Below are positions 7,904 to 17,489 of a stretch of DNA of 28,830 nucleotides, in pieces. Both the position numbers and the translations under genes were made by a program. The notes under the pieces were generated by a model. It was not told where the DNA came from. It saw only the letters and a program-made list of their open reading frames with translations, and made no database searches. Position 1 is the stretch's first letter, and the number at the start of each line of letters is the position of its first letter. Origin of the DNA: Candidatus Sulfobium sp. (lineage in GTDB: Bacteria > Nitrospirota > Thermodesulfovibrionia > Thermodesulfovibrionales > UBA6898); NCBI GenBank assembly GCA_037380845.1, contig JARRRI010000057.1:1-28830 (forward strand), given 5' to 3'.

Positions 7904-8902
7904 TTGGAACTGATACAGATGGGCCATGGGAGCGGCGGGAAGATGATGCACAGGCTGGTCAGGGATTATTTCGCACCGGCCTTTGACCTGAGGACCCTGA
8001 ACGACTCGGCGGTCATCGGCGATCTTTCCCCGGGGAGGATAGCGGTGACGACTGATTCCTACGTAATATCACCCCTTTTTTTCCCTGGCGGCGATATCGG
8101 CATGCTTTCGGTCTGCGGGACCGTGAACGATTTGGCTGTTTCCGGGGCAAGACCTCTGTACCTGACGGCGGGATTCATCATCGAGGAGGGGTTTCCTCTG
8201 GACGACCTGGAGAGGATCCTGCGGTCGATGAAGGCGGCCGCGGATGAAGCGGGCGTGAAGGTGGTGGCCGGCGATACAAAGGTGGTAGACAAGGGAAAAG
8301 GCGATGGGGTTTTCATAAATACCGCGGGAGTCGGGGTCGTGGAAGGGGGAGTGGACATTTCACCGCGCCACATGAGAGCCGGCGATAAGATTATATTGAG
8401 CGGGTCGATCGGCAACCACGGTGTTGCGGTGATGGCGCAGAGGAACGGCATAAGTTTCGATCCGCCCCTGGAGAGCGACGTCCGGCCCCTGAACGGACTT
8501 GCCGGGCTGATGCTCGGCAGGACGGGCAACATCCGCGTGATGAGGGACCCGACCAGGGGAGGACTGGCGACTACGCTGAAGGAGTTTGCGAACGATTCCG
8601 GCCTGGGCATAGTCGTCGAAGAGAGCCTCATAGAAGTGATGCCCGGCGTCAGGGGCGCATGCGAGCTTTTGGGCCTCGATCCGCTGTACATAGCCAACGA
8701 GGGTATACTCGTTGCCGTCGTAGAGGCAGGCGACGCCGGCATGCTCGTAGATGAAATGAGAAGGACGGAAGCCGGCGCCGGGGCCGCCGTAATCGGCGGG
8801 GTGGTTGATGCCCCTCCCGAGACTGTGTTGTTGAAAACAGAGATCGGCGGGAGTAGAATAGTTGACATGCTTACGGGAGACCAGCTGCCCAGGATATGCT
8901 GA
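7904..8902 (+). CDS. hypE: Carbamoyl dehydratase HypE
   Basis: HGSGG, TTDSYV, GTVNDLA, GDTKVV, RDPTRGG and C-terminal LPRIC. TTG start with GAGGTG RBS. Confidence 0.97.
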   Translation: MELIQMGHGSGGKMMHRLVRDYFAPAFDLRTLNDSAVIGDLSPGRIAVTTDSYVISPLFFPGGDIGMLSVCGTVNDLAVSGARPLYLTAGFIIEEGFPLDDLERILRSMKAAADEAGVKVVAGDTKVVDKGKGDGVFINTAGVGVVEGGVDISPRHMRAGDKIILSGSIGNHGVAVMAQRNGISFDPPLESDVRPLNGLAGLMLGRTGNIRVMRDPTRGGLATTLKEFANDSGLGIVVEESLIEVMPGVRGACELLGLDPLYIANEGILVAVVEAGDAGMLVDEMRRTEAGAGAAVIGGVVDAPPETVLLKTEIGGSRIVDMLTGDQLPRIC

Positions 8903-8927
8903 ATATGGACGGGACGAAAGGGTTCTG

Positions 8928-9377
8928 ATGGCCGGCAATGAGAAAGTGGTGGTGAGACTTAACGACGGCGGCCTTCTCAAGGGCTACCTGAGGGATTTTT
9001 CGCCCGGCCGGCCTAAACTGTCTCTCGATGAGACCGGTACGGCGAAGACGCTGCCGGTGAAGCTTGAAGACGTGAAGGCCGTATTTTTTGTGAAGTCCTT
9101 CGAGGGGGACCACGAGTACAGGGAGAGGAAATCCTATGGAGCGGCCCGTCCCAAAGGGCAGCGTGTTTTCGTGAAATTCAGCGACGGCGAATCGCTGGTC
9201 GGGTTTCTGGAAGGAGAGGTGCCGTGGAAGAAGGGTTTTTTTCTTTCCAGGCAGCGTGACCTCAATGGCTTTTACCTGCTGCCCGCCGATGAGGATACCA
9301 ATAATACCAGGGTCTTTGTGGTCGCATCTTCGGTGGATGACGTTACTGTGGTGCCGGCCCAGGCGGAGAACACGTGA
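8928..9377 (+). CDS. Conserved hypothetical protein (DUF6982-like, two internal beta-rich repeats)
   Basis: 'KVVVR..DG.LLKGY..DF', '[11 protein letters not shown]', 'VKFSDGE.LVG', 'GFYLLPAD...NN.RVFV'. Overlaps the pdxJ start (GTGA). Confidence 0.7.
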   Translation: MAGNEKVVVRLNDGGLLKGYLRDFSPGRPKLSLDETGTAKTLPVKLEDVKAVFFVKSFEGDHEYRERKSYGAARPKGQRVFVKFSDGESLVGFLEGEVPWKKGFFLSRQRDLNGFYLLPADEDTNNTRVFVVASSVDDVTVVPAQAENT

Positions 9378-10105
9378 TTCTGGGAGTCAATATCGATCAC
9401 GTGGCGACTTTGAGACAGGCGAGGCTCGGCATCGAGCCGGAGCCGGCCATGGCTGCGTCCCTTGCCATACTCGGAGGTGCCGACGGCATCACCGTCCATC
9501 TGAGGGAAGACAGGAGGCACATCAATGACAGGGACCTCGAGCTGCTGAGGAGCTTCGTGCCCATCGAGCTGAACCTCGAGATGGCGGCGACGGACGAGAT
9601 GGTCGAGATAGCCTTGAAGAAGAAGCCCGACCTCGTGACCCTTGTCCCGGAAAAGAGAAGAGAACTTACCACAGAGGGCGGGCTTGATGTGAAGGCGGGA
9701 AGAAAGGCCCTCACGAAGGCCGTTAAGATTCTGAAGGGCCACGGCATCAAGGTCAGTCTGTTCATCAATCCCGACTCCGAGGATATAGAGATATCGAGGG
9801 AAACCGGCGCCGACATGGTCGAGGTACATACGGGCGGTTATGCCAATGCCAAAGGGGAGAAACAGGAAAAAGAACTCGCCCGGGTTATAAAATCGGTACG
9901 CAAGGCCGTTGAGATAGATCTTCTTGCCAATGCCGGCCACGGACTGAATTATTTCAATGTCCCGGGTATCACCGAACTGGAGGAGATTCGCGGGCTTTAC
10001 ATAGGCCACAGCATTATATCCCGCGCCGTCCTGGTCGGACTGGAGAGAGCGGTCAGGGAGATGAAGGAACTGATCGTGAGGGGCCGCAGTCAAATCAATC
10101 GCTGA
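9374..10105 (+). CDS. pdxJ: Pyridoxine 5'-phosphate synthase
   Basis: [52 protein letters not shown]. Confidence 0.98.
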   Translation: MILGVNIDHVATLRQARLGIEPEPAMAASLAILGGADGITVHLREDRRHINDRDLELLRSFVPIELNLEMAATDEMVEIALKKKPDLVTLVPEKRRELTTEGGLDVKAGRKALTKAVKILKGHGIKVSLFINPDSEDIEISRETGADMVEVHTGGYANAKGEKQEKELARVIKSVRKAVEIDLLANAGHGLNYFNVPGITELEEIRGLYIGHSIISRAVLVGLERAVREMKELIVRGRSQINR

Positions 10106-10122
10106 AAGAAGACCGTTCACCG

Positions 10123-10338
10123 CAGAGACACAGAGGGCGCAGGGAGTTGAATGTTAAAAATGTCTGCTGAGAGGGCGGAAATTTTTAAGCTGCTTTCCAC
10201 CGGCGAATGACGTATGGTTATTCTTCAGCAATTTTTGTCATGCCCGAAGTTTTTTGGTCGGGTGTCCATTCTGTAATTTTGTGTAGTTAACGGTAGCGGG
10301 TAACGAGCAGAGAATTCACCGGAACCTCTGCGTCTCTG
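10123..10338. repeat. Intergenic element bounded by 14-bp inverted repeats, containing a degenerate REP-like copy
   Basis: CAGAGACACAGAGG (10123-10136) and CCTCTGCGTCTCTG (10325-10338) are 13/14 complementary. GTCATGCCCGA...TCGGGTGTCCA lies at 10237-10268. Confidence 0.5.
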
Positions 10339-10394
10339 ATGAACATATTTGATCCCGGCTTTGCAGCTCGGGTATGGAAATGTAACCTGCCTGT

Positions 10395-10766
10395 ATGATT
10401 TACGGAATCGGCATAGACATCGTGAAGACGGAGCGCATGAAGGAGGCGGTCGACAGATGGGGTGACCGTTTTCTCCGGAGGGTCTTCACCGGCAAGGAGA
10501 TAGACTACGCCTTTGAAAAGAGCAACCCGTCTCTCTCCCTTTCCGTGAGGTTCGCCGCGAAAGAAGCTCTCATCAAGGCCATAGGCTCGCGGATACCCGT
10601 TTCACTTACCGATATAGAGGTGGGGAATGCCGGCAGCGGCCGTCCCTTTATCAGTGTGAAGGGCGAACTGGATGTTTTTTTCAGAAAGGAAGAGATAAAA
10701 TGCGTCCACCTCAGCCTCAGCCACGAACGCGATTACGGCGTCGCCTGTGTAGTAGTGGAGAAGTAA
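10395..10766 (+). CDS. acpS: Holo-[acyl-carrier-protein] synthase
   Basis: GIGIDIV, RFAAKEALIKA, GRPF, HLSLSHE. Follows pdxJ as is typical. Confidence 0.96.
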   Translation: MIYGIGIDIVKTERMKEAVDRWGDRFLRRVFTGKEIDYAFEKSNPSLSLSVRFAAKEALIKAIGSRIPVSLTDIEVGNAGSGRPFISVKGELDVFFRKEEIKCVHLSLSHERDYGVACVVVEK

Positions 10767-11003
10767 TTACGCTTCACGTCTCACACGTCTCACGGTTTAC
10801 GATTATCGGCGGTCTTCAAAGCGCATAGCGAAAAGGACACAGGGTGCGGAGCAGGGCCGGGAAAAAACGGCTGTCGGCAACCGGCCCTGAGGCAATAAGC
10901 CGCCTTTGTTTTCACGATTACTCATTTCGGAGAAATTTGACATTTACCCAAAGATTCCGAAATCATACCCTTATGGAAAGTAAATGGAGGGCCCCGGTCC
11001 TCA

Positions 11004-11387
11004 TTGGATCTGAAGCATGCCCCGACTCTGGACAGAAACTCGAGGATTGATCCACTGACCGGCGAGGTGATCAGGGATGCTGATGTTGACTCCGGTGGTC
11101 CGGGACATCCGGAAACTGCCGCGGGGACCGTACACCGGCCGAGGCATTACGCTGAAATGGCCATACATGAGATCGAGACGAATACGGCTGCCAGGGCTGC
11201 CTTGATCGGATTTCTGTTCCTGATATGGACGGCATGTCTTGTCGATATCCTCCGGAACGAGTTCCGCGGCAACAATAAGCTCATCTGGTTTATCGCGGTT
11301 ACGTTTATCCCCATTGCAGGCCCGGTACTCTACCTCTTCATCGGCAGGCGGCAAAGGAAGTACAGGTTTATCCGGGATTATGAGTAG
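11004..11387 (+). CDS. PLDc N-terminal domain membrane protein
   Basis: C-terminal 'W..CLVDILRNEFRGNNKLIWF.....IP.AGPVLYLFIGR' pattern. Start codon uncertain. Confidence 0.75.
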   Translation: MDLKHAPTLDRNSRIDPLTGEVIRDADVDSGGPGHPETAAGTVHRPRHYAEMAIHEIETNTAARAALIGFLFLIWTACLVDILRNEFRGNNKLIWFIAVTFIPIAGPVLYLFIGRRQRKYRFIRDYE

Positions 11388-11516
11388 ACCAGGCGATTGA
11401 TAGTGTCAGCGCAGGCGGCTATGATTTTTACATATACGACACACCGCCTCATCACGGGCGTCCCCTGATTAAACCGGTCGGGGAGGAAGACTTCGGACTT
11501 AAGCCGCGAGGAAGAT

Positions 11517-11927
11517 ATGCACTATTCTCATATCGAAGATGCATTCATGTTTGTGAGCATGTCTCCTCCTGAGGAGAACTTCGCTTACCTCAACAGAGAA
11601 ACAGGGGAGACCTACTTTGTTTCAACATTGGGCGACTCTGATGAACTCCCGGAAGATTTTGAGGAAAACGATAAATACATGAGTATTCCCCACAAGAATG
11701 ATCTGGACCTCGGCAGGAAGCTGGTCTTCCAATTTATCTCTGTCAATCTTCCGGACGAGATCAGGAGAGTGCAGGAAATTTTCGGCAGAAAAGGAGCATA
11801 TGCCCGCTACAAGGACCTGCTGGAGTCAAAGGGGCGGCTTGAGGACTGGTATGAGTTTGAAGACAAGGCAACAGAAAAGGCGCTTCGGGAATGGTGCGGT
11901 GATAACGGCGTCGAACTGGAGGACTAG
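11517..11927 (+). CDS. UPF0158-family protein
   Basis: 'YLNRETGET', 'F.RKGAYARYKDLL...G.LEDWYEFE......LREWC.DNG'. GAGGA RBS. Confidence 0.8.
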   Translation: MHYSHIEDAFMFVSMSPPEENFAYLNRETGETYFVSTLGDSDELPEDFEENDKYMSIPHKNDLDLGRKLVFQFISVNLPDEIRRVQEIFGRKGAYARYKDLLESKGRLEDWYEFEDKATEKALREWCGDNGVELED

Positions 11928-12101
11928 TCCTGCCTGATCGAGTCAACGCCCCCTGCTTCCATTCCGCCGCCAAAAAGTAGAGCCCGTCGCAATAGTATGA
12001 CTTTACCTCCCCGCAGGTGCCTTATAATCCGTTCGGAGTCTCCGGATGACAACCGGTCACCGGTTGCATGGAATTAGCCCGGTTCATCCCTTCCGGAAAG
12101 T

Positions 12102-12110
12102 TGGTATAAT
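12102..12110 (+). promoter_or_regulatory. Extended -10 promoter upstream of nnr
   Basis: TG-G-TATAAT about 30 bp before ATG 12141. Confidence 0.5.
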
Positions 12111-12140
12111 TCGGGTATATTGTTTTTAGAGGGGGCGGAT

Positions 12141-13718
12141 ATGAAAGCTGTTACTGCCGAAGAGATGCGCGATATTGACAGGAAGACCATTGAAGAATAC
12201 GGGATATCCGGTCCTGTCCTTATGGAAAGGGCAGGGGTATCGGTAGCGAATAGGATACGGGGCCTGTTCGACAGGCAGAAGGTGGTGGTGGTCGCCGGCG
12301 GGGGAAACAACGGGGGGGACGGTATTGTCGCCGCGAGGGAGCTTTTAAACCACGGCTGGCACACCCAGGTCGTCCTCTTTTCCAAAGAGGAAAAATTGAG
12401 CCCCGATAACCGCTCACAATACAGAACGGCCAGGCAGCTGGGTGTTCCCGTCGAGTTCAGGACCCGTCTGACCCCGAGGGACCTGCACGGCGCGATCGTG
12501 GTCGACGCCCTCTTCGGCACGGGTCTGAGCAAGCCGGTCACGTCCGCATTTGCTGAGGCCATTGCATTTCTCAATAAATCGGAGGCCAGGGTTGTTTCCG
12601 TCGATATCCCCTCCGGTATTTCCTCTGATACCGCCCAGGTCATGGGTGACGCGGTGAGGGCCGATTATACGGTCACCTTCGGCCTGCCCAAGATCGGTCA
12701 TCTTCTCCATCCCGGGGCTGAATTCACCGGACAGCTCTTTGTCGAGGATATAGGCTTTCCGGACGAACTTCTTTCCTCCAGCCTTCTGAAAGTCGATGCT
12801 GTCGGAAGAAAGGACGCCGCATCTCTCGTGCCTGAAAGGCCCACCCATTCTTACAAAGGGGATTACGGTCATGTCCTGGTGGTTGCCGGGTCGAGGGGAA
12901 AGACGGGAGCCCCCTCCATGGCCGCCCGGGCATCTCTCAGATCGGGCGCCGGAATGGTTACTCTCGGCATCCCCGAAACTCTCACTGAGGTATTTCTGTC
13001 CAGGGTGGTGGAGGAGATGGTCCTTCCCCTTCCCGATACGGGCTCGGGCATAGTCTCGGAGCGGGCCTTTGATACCATTATCGAATTTCTTGACGGAAAA
13101 GCCGACGTCCTCGCCATGGGTCCGGGGATTACGACGGACCGCAACGTGATAAACCTTGTGGAGAAGCTCGTGACTGCCGTCACCGTGCCGATGGTGCTGG
13201 ATGCGGATGCCCTCAATGCGCTTTCAGGCCGGAAGGATATTCTGAAAAAGGCGAAGGCCCCGATTATACTTACTCCTCACATAGGAGAGATGGCACGGCT
13301 TCTCAGGCCGGCAGGGAAGGGCGCGGCATCTTCCCCGCCGGGCAGAGAGTCGCTGTCTGCGATCGCAAAGGACAGGATATCGACCGCTTGTTCTTTTGCG
13401 AAGGAGACGGGAGCATGCCTGGTCCTGAAGGGTGCCCCTACAATTGTGGCGGAACCGGAGGGCCGCTCGTTCATCAATACGACGGGGAATGCGGGAATGG
13501 CCACGGCCGGGTCGGGAGATGTCCTCACAGGCGTAATCGCCGCTTTCCTGGGCCAGGGATTGAGCCCGGTGGATGCCGGTGTCCTGGGCGTATACATGCA
13601 CGGGCTTGCCGGAGATATGGCCGCGTCCGGGAGGGGCATGCATTCACTTATCGCGGGGGACATTATGGATAATATGCACGCCGCCTTTGCAGCTGTCAGG
13701 GACGTCGATGGATCGTAA
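12141..13718 (+). CDS. nnr: Bifunctional NAD(P)H-hydrate epimerase/dehydratase (YjeF/Nnr)
   Basis: LMERAG, GGGNNGGDG, VDALFGTG, DIPSG; then SYKGDYGHVLVVAGS, LDADAL, LTPHIGEMARL, MATAGSGDVLTG. Confidence 0.96.
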   Translation: MKAVTAEEMRDIDRKTIEEYGISGPVLMERAGVSVANRIRGLFDRQKVVVVAGGGNNGGDGIVAARELLNHGWHTQVVLFSKEEKLSPDNRSQYRTARQLGVPVEFRTRLTPRDLHGAIVVDALFGTGLSKPVTSAFAEAIAFLNKSEARVVSVDIPSGISSDTAQVMGDAVRADYTVTFGLPKIGHLLHPGAEFTGQLFVEDIGFPDELLSSSLLKVDAVGRKDAASLVPERPTHSYKGDYGHVLVVAGSRGKTGAPSMAARASLRSGAGMVTLGIPETLTEVFLSRVVEEMVLPLPDTGSGIVSERAFDTIIEFLDGKADVLAMGPGITTDRNVINLVEKLVTAVTVPMVLDADALNALSGRKDILKKAKAPIILTPHIGEMARLLRPAGKGAASSPPGRESLSAIAKDRISTACSFAKETGACLVLKGAPTIVAEPEGRSFINTTGNAGMATAGSGDVLTGVIAAFLGQGLSPVDAGVLGVYMHGLAGDMAASGRGMHSLIAGDIMDNMHAAFAAVRDVDGS

Positions 13719-14416
13719 TGAACAGGCTCATCTTCCCGGAAAACCTTAAGGGACGGGTCAGCGCTTTTTTTACCGGCAAGAGCCCTGGAGCCGACACCGG
13801 GGAGATCGCCCGGACCCTGAAGGCCGGTGAGGGGACATTCTATCTTCCCATCCAGAAGCATACCGACAAGGTGATGGTGCTGGAGTCCTCGAGAGAGCCA
13901 AAGATTGCAGACGCCGTGATCACGCGGGAGACCGGGGTGATCGTGGGGGTGCAGGTCGCCGACTGCGTGCCGATTCTGGTCTATGACCCGAAGAGGGAGG
14001 TCATGGGCGCGGTCCACGCCGGATGGAGGGGCACGGCAGAAGGGATATTGAGGAATGTGGTCCGTACCATGACGGAGAGGTTCAGGACCGACGCCAAAGA
14101 CGTCCTCGTTGCGATCGGGCCCGGCATAAGGTGGTGCTGCTACGAAGTAGGTTATGACGTGGTGCGGGCAGTGGGCCGGGCAACCGGCGAAGGCGATTAT
14201 GTTCTCCTCAAGGGCGAAAAATATTGTCTCGACCTCCCCACGGCAAACAAATATCAGGCCCTGTCAATGGGAGTTCCCGAGGCCGGCATATGGATTTCGG
14301 GGGAGTGTACTTTCTGCAATCCGGACAAATACTTTTCCTACAGATATGCGAAGGGCTCCACGGGAAGGCAGGGCGGCTTCATCGGCAAGGTCCGTAATGA
14401 TCCGGCGGTTCCATAG
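13718..14416 (+). CDS. pgeF: YfiH/PgeF-family protein (purine nucleoside phosphorylase/laccase-domain)
   Basis: QKH, ADAVIT, VADCVPIL, AVHAGWRG, GPGIRWCCYEVG, CTFC, FSYR. Confidence 0.93.
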   Translation: MNRLIFPENLKGRVSAFFTGKSPGADTGEIARTLKAGEGTFYLPIQKHTDKVMVLESSREPKIADAVITRETGVIVGVQVADCVPILVYDPKREVMGAVHAGWRGTAEGILRNVVRTMTERFRTDAKDVLVAIGPGIRWCCYEVGYDVVRAVGRATGEGDYVLLKGEKYCLDLPTANKYQALSMGVPEAGIWISGECTFCNPDKYFSYRYAKGSTGRQGGFIGKVRNDPAVP

Positions 14417-14750
14417 TCCTTTTGGAGGCGTTAAATCAGGGAACTCCCGATTGTTTCCCTTCGGGACGAACATAACGGCGTTCTACGGTCTCCAAAAAGT
14501 CCTTCCTGAAGTGCATCTGCTCCTCCCGCGCAGTCCCGGAACAATTTTTCCGGTGTCCATGGTAAAATTACCTTAAAATTAATCAAAAAATGAGTGGACA
14601 ACCGCGGACCCGGGATGAAGGCCTCCGGATCAACAGAATGTGATATCGCAGAAATCAGACGTTTGTGATGCGCGGATGAACCGGGCGGAACCGGTATTTT
14701 TCAGTCAGGTCGCCGGTCTTTAAAATAATAGCTGGAATAAAGAGGTTCTG

Positions 14751-15200
14751 ATGATCAAAGCGAAAGACATTATGACTACCGACGTGATTACCGTCACCCC
14801 CGAAACGACCGTTGAGGAGCTCGGCAGACTGTTTATCGAAAAGCGGATAAGCGGCGCACCCGTGATCGACGACGATAACAAGCTATACGGAATTGTCACC
14901 GAGAACGATCTGATTAAACGGAACGAGCGGTTTCACATCCCCACCCTGGTGAGGCTTTTCGACGCCTTCATCCCCCTGGGGGGTGATTCTTCGATTGAAA
15001 AGGAGATCAAACGGATGTCCGCGTCGAAGGTATCGGAGATATGCGCAAGGGATGTAGTTACCGTCGGGCCTGAAACGCCTCTGACCGACATTGCAACCAT
15101 GATGTCCGAAAGGGGCCTTCATCTGTTGCCGGTGGTAAGCGCCGGAAAGCTCGTGGGGATCATAGGAAAGATGGACGTAATAAAAGGGACGGTGGAGTGA
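14751..15200 (+). CDS. CBS domain protein
   Basis: Two CBS repeats: 'AKDIMT..VITV.P', 'ISGAPVID...LYGIVTENDL', 'LLPVV..GKLVGIIGKMD'. Confidence 0.93.
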   Translation: MIKAKDIMTTDVITVTPETTVEELGRLFIEKRISGAPVIDDDNKLYGIVTENDLIKRNERFHIPTLVRLFDAFIPLGGDSSIEKEIKRMSASKVSEICARDVVTVGPETPLTDIATMMSERGLHLLPVVSAGKLVGIIGKMDVIKGTVE

Positions 15201-15640
15201 AGCTCCTGAGCGGGAGCAGTGAGGAGACGGAGGAGATAGGTTACAGACTGGGGCGGATCCTTAAGGCGGGTGACGTGGTGGGACTTTACGGCGATCTGGG
15301 GGCCGGCAAGACCACTATGGTAAAGGGTATCGCCAGGGCGTTTGGGATAGACAGGCGCGACGTTACAAGCGCCAGTTTTACCATCATCGCCGAGTACGGA
15401 AGCACTCCGCCCTTCTATCACATCGATCTTTACCGCGTGGGCGAAGGGGAGGATCTGGACAATGCGGGAATATGGGAATGTATCGGGGGGAGGTCGGTTT
15501 CCGTTGTCGAATGGGCCGAGAGACTTGGAAAGCCTCCCGTCAAGGGTTTTATCACGGTAAAAATAGAGGATGGCGGAAAAGAAGACATTCGTGAAATAAC
15601 GATTGAAGGCATAGATGAAAAAGATTGGGATAATCTGTAA
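15197..15640 (+). CDS. tsaE: tRNA t6A biosynthesis ATPase TsaE
   Basis: GDLGAGKTT, VTSASFTI, YHIDLYR, VVEWAE. Confidence 0.95.
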   Translation: MKLLSGSSEETEEIGYRLGRILKAGDVVGLYGDLGAGKTTMVKGIARAFGIDRRDVTSASFTIIAEYGSTPPFYHIDLYRVGEGEDLDNAGIWECIGGRSVSVVEWAERLGKPPVKGFITVKIEDGGKEDIREITIEGIDEKDWDNL

Positions 15641-16466
15641 ACCCGGGAGACCCGAACCCGGAGAGATATTGCGGGAACTTTTGCCCTGGCTGAGGCGCAA
15701 GGGGTATGAGACTTTTGTCGACCGGGAGGCTGCCGGAGCCCTTAATATCGAAGGGTTCACGAGAAAAGAGATCGCTTCCAGCGTCGATGTGGTCTTTGTC
15801 CTGGGTGGTGACGGAACTATGCTCTCGGTGAGCAGGGCGGTCGCGGAGAAGGGAGTGCCCATACTCGGAATCAATCTGGGGAGCATGGGCTTTATGGCGG
15901 AGATCAATAAAGACGAGCTTTATGAGGTAGTGGACGGGATCCTCTCAGGCGACTGCGCGATCGAGGAACGCCTGATGCTGACGGCGAAAATCCGGAGGAA
16001 CGGTGAGCAGATAGCCGGATACACGGTCCTGAACGATGTAGTGATAAACAAAGGAGCCCTGGCCCGGATAATAGATATGGAGACATTCATAAACGGCAAG
16101 TACGTGACCACATTCAAGGCAGACGGCCTTATCGTCGCTACGCCGACGGGTTCTACGGCATATTCCCTTTCTGCAAGCGGACCCATTGTCTATCCCACAC
16201 TGGACAGCATAGTGCTGACCCCGATCTGTCCCCACACTCTTACCAACAGACCGATCCTGCTGCCCCACGATTTCGGTATAGAGATAGTCCTGAGGACCTT
16301 GAGCGAGGACGTGTATCTGACACTGGACGGTCAGATCGGCGCCCCTCTCAGGATGGACGATGTGATAGAGATTGGCCGGGCGGACTATAAAACCAGACTC
16401 CTGATCCCTTATGAGAGAGACTATTTCGAAATATTGCGGAACAAGCTTAGATGGGGAGAGCGGTAG
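15615..16466 (+). CDS. nadK: NAD(+) kinase
   Basis: LGGDGTML, GINLGSMGFM, LNDVV, ADGLIVATPTGSTAYSLSASGP. Confidence 0.96.
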   Translation: MKKIGIICKPGRPEPGEILRELLPWLRRKGYETFVDREAAGALNIEGFTRKEIASSVDVVFVLGGDGTMLSVSRAVAEKGVPILGINLGSMGFMAEINKDELYEVVDGILSGDCAIEERLMLTAKIRRNGEQIAGYTVLNDVVINKGALARIIDMETFINGKYVTTFKADGLIVATPTGSTAYSLSASGPIVYPTLDSIVLTPICPHTLTNRPILLPHDFGIEIVLRTLSEDVYLTLDGQIGAPLRMDDVIEIGRADYKTRLLIPYERDYFEILRNKLRWGER

Positions 16467-16467
16467 T

Positions 16468-17247
16468 ATGGATGCCGGCAAGGGTAAACGGAGCATAATC
16501 GAGGATCTCAAGTCCATGTTGGAATTCTACGAGGCAATGGGGCTTGAAAAGCTGCCCATCGAACTCAGGGACCCCCCCGGTGAGGCAGGTTTTGTTCCAC
16601 CCGGAAAGGGGAAATCTTTTGTCTCATCCCGGAAGCGCGAGGCCGCCAGCAGCCGGAATTCCGGCGGACAGACTCAACAGGCTGCGGAAAAGGCGGGACT
16701 GCTGAAGGCCCTCAGGGATGAACTGGGAGATTGTGTGCGGTGCAAGCTCTCCGGGGAGAGGAAGAACATAGTCTTCGGCGATGGGAATCCGGGCGCCGCC
16801 CTGATGTTTATCGGAGAGGGTCCGGGGAGGGAGGAAGATATTCAGGGGCTGCCGTTTGTGGGAGACGCGGGCATGCTTCTTAGCAAGCTGATAGAGAAGA
16901 TGGGACTCAAGAGAAAAGATGTGTATATAGCAAATATAGTTAAGTGCCGGCCTCCAGGGAACCGCGATCCGGAAGAGGACGAAGTCGCGACGTGCCGGCA
17001 GTTTATCGATGCCCAGATAGAGATTATAAAACCCCGGGTCATCATGACCCTGGGCAGGATAGCCCTTCAGACCCTGCTCGAAAATCCGCGGCTGAAGATA
17101 TCCGCCGCGAGGGGGAACTTCACTGATTACCGCGGCATCCCGGTTATGCCGACCTTTCACCCTGCCTACCTGCTGCGTAACCCGAGGGACAAATGGCTCA
17201 CCTGGGCCGACGCGCAGAAGGTAATGGAAAGACTGCATATCGGCTGA
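16468..17247 (+). CDS. Uracil-DNA glycosylase, family 4
   Basis: Fe-S cysteines (CVRC, KCRPP..RDP, C), IGEGPG, PFVG.AG, TFHPAYLLR. Confidence 0.93.
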   Translation: MDAGKGKRSIIEDLKSMLEFYEAMGLEKLPIELRDPPGEAGFVPPGKGKSFVSSRKREAASSRNSGGQTQQAAEKAGLLKALRDELGDCVRCKLSGERKNIVFGDGNPGAALMFIGEGPGREEDIQGLPFVGDAGMLLSKLIEKMGLKRKDVYIANIVKCRPPGNRDPEEDEVATCRQFIDAQIEIIKPRVIMTLGRIALQTLLENPRLKISAARGNFTDYRGIPVMPTFHPAYLLRNPRDKWLTWADAQKVMERLHIG

Positions 17248-17413
17248 AGCGGAAATTTTACCTGATCTCGCAGAAACGCGGAAGGAACGCCGAAAAAGTC
17301 TTGTAATAGGGAAGAGATGTGACCTTCTTTGGATAACGCTCCCGCCTCCGGCACCCCCCTCTTAAGATAAGTCGAAGCGACCTTCGCGGGTATCCAGGTT
17401 CTCCTAAGAAAAA

Positions 17414-17443
17414 TGGATTATCGACTATTACCTCGGGAATGAC
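17414..17443 (+). repeat. REP-like palindromic repeat, copy 2 (degenerate)
   Basis: TGGATTATCGACTATTACCTCGGGAATGAC. Confidence 0.75.
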
Positions 17444-17489
17444 GGCCCATAAGCATTTTCGGGGAGCAATGTTAGTGCCTACCCGCTGG

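Noticed and set aside
16411..16467. Upstream start for the UDG gene
   Set aside because: Overlaps the end of nadK; ATG 16468 follows the nadK stop directly with a purine-rich RBS.
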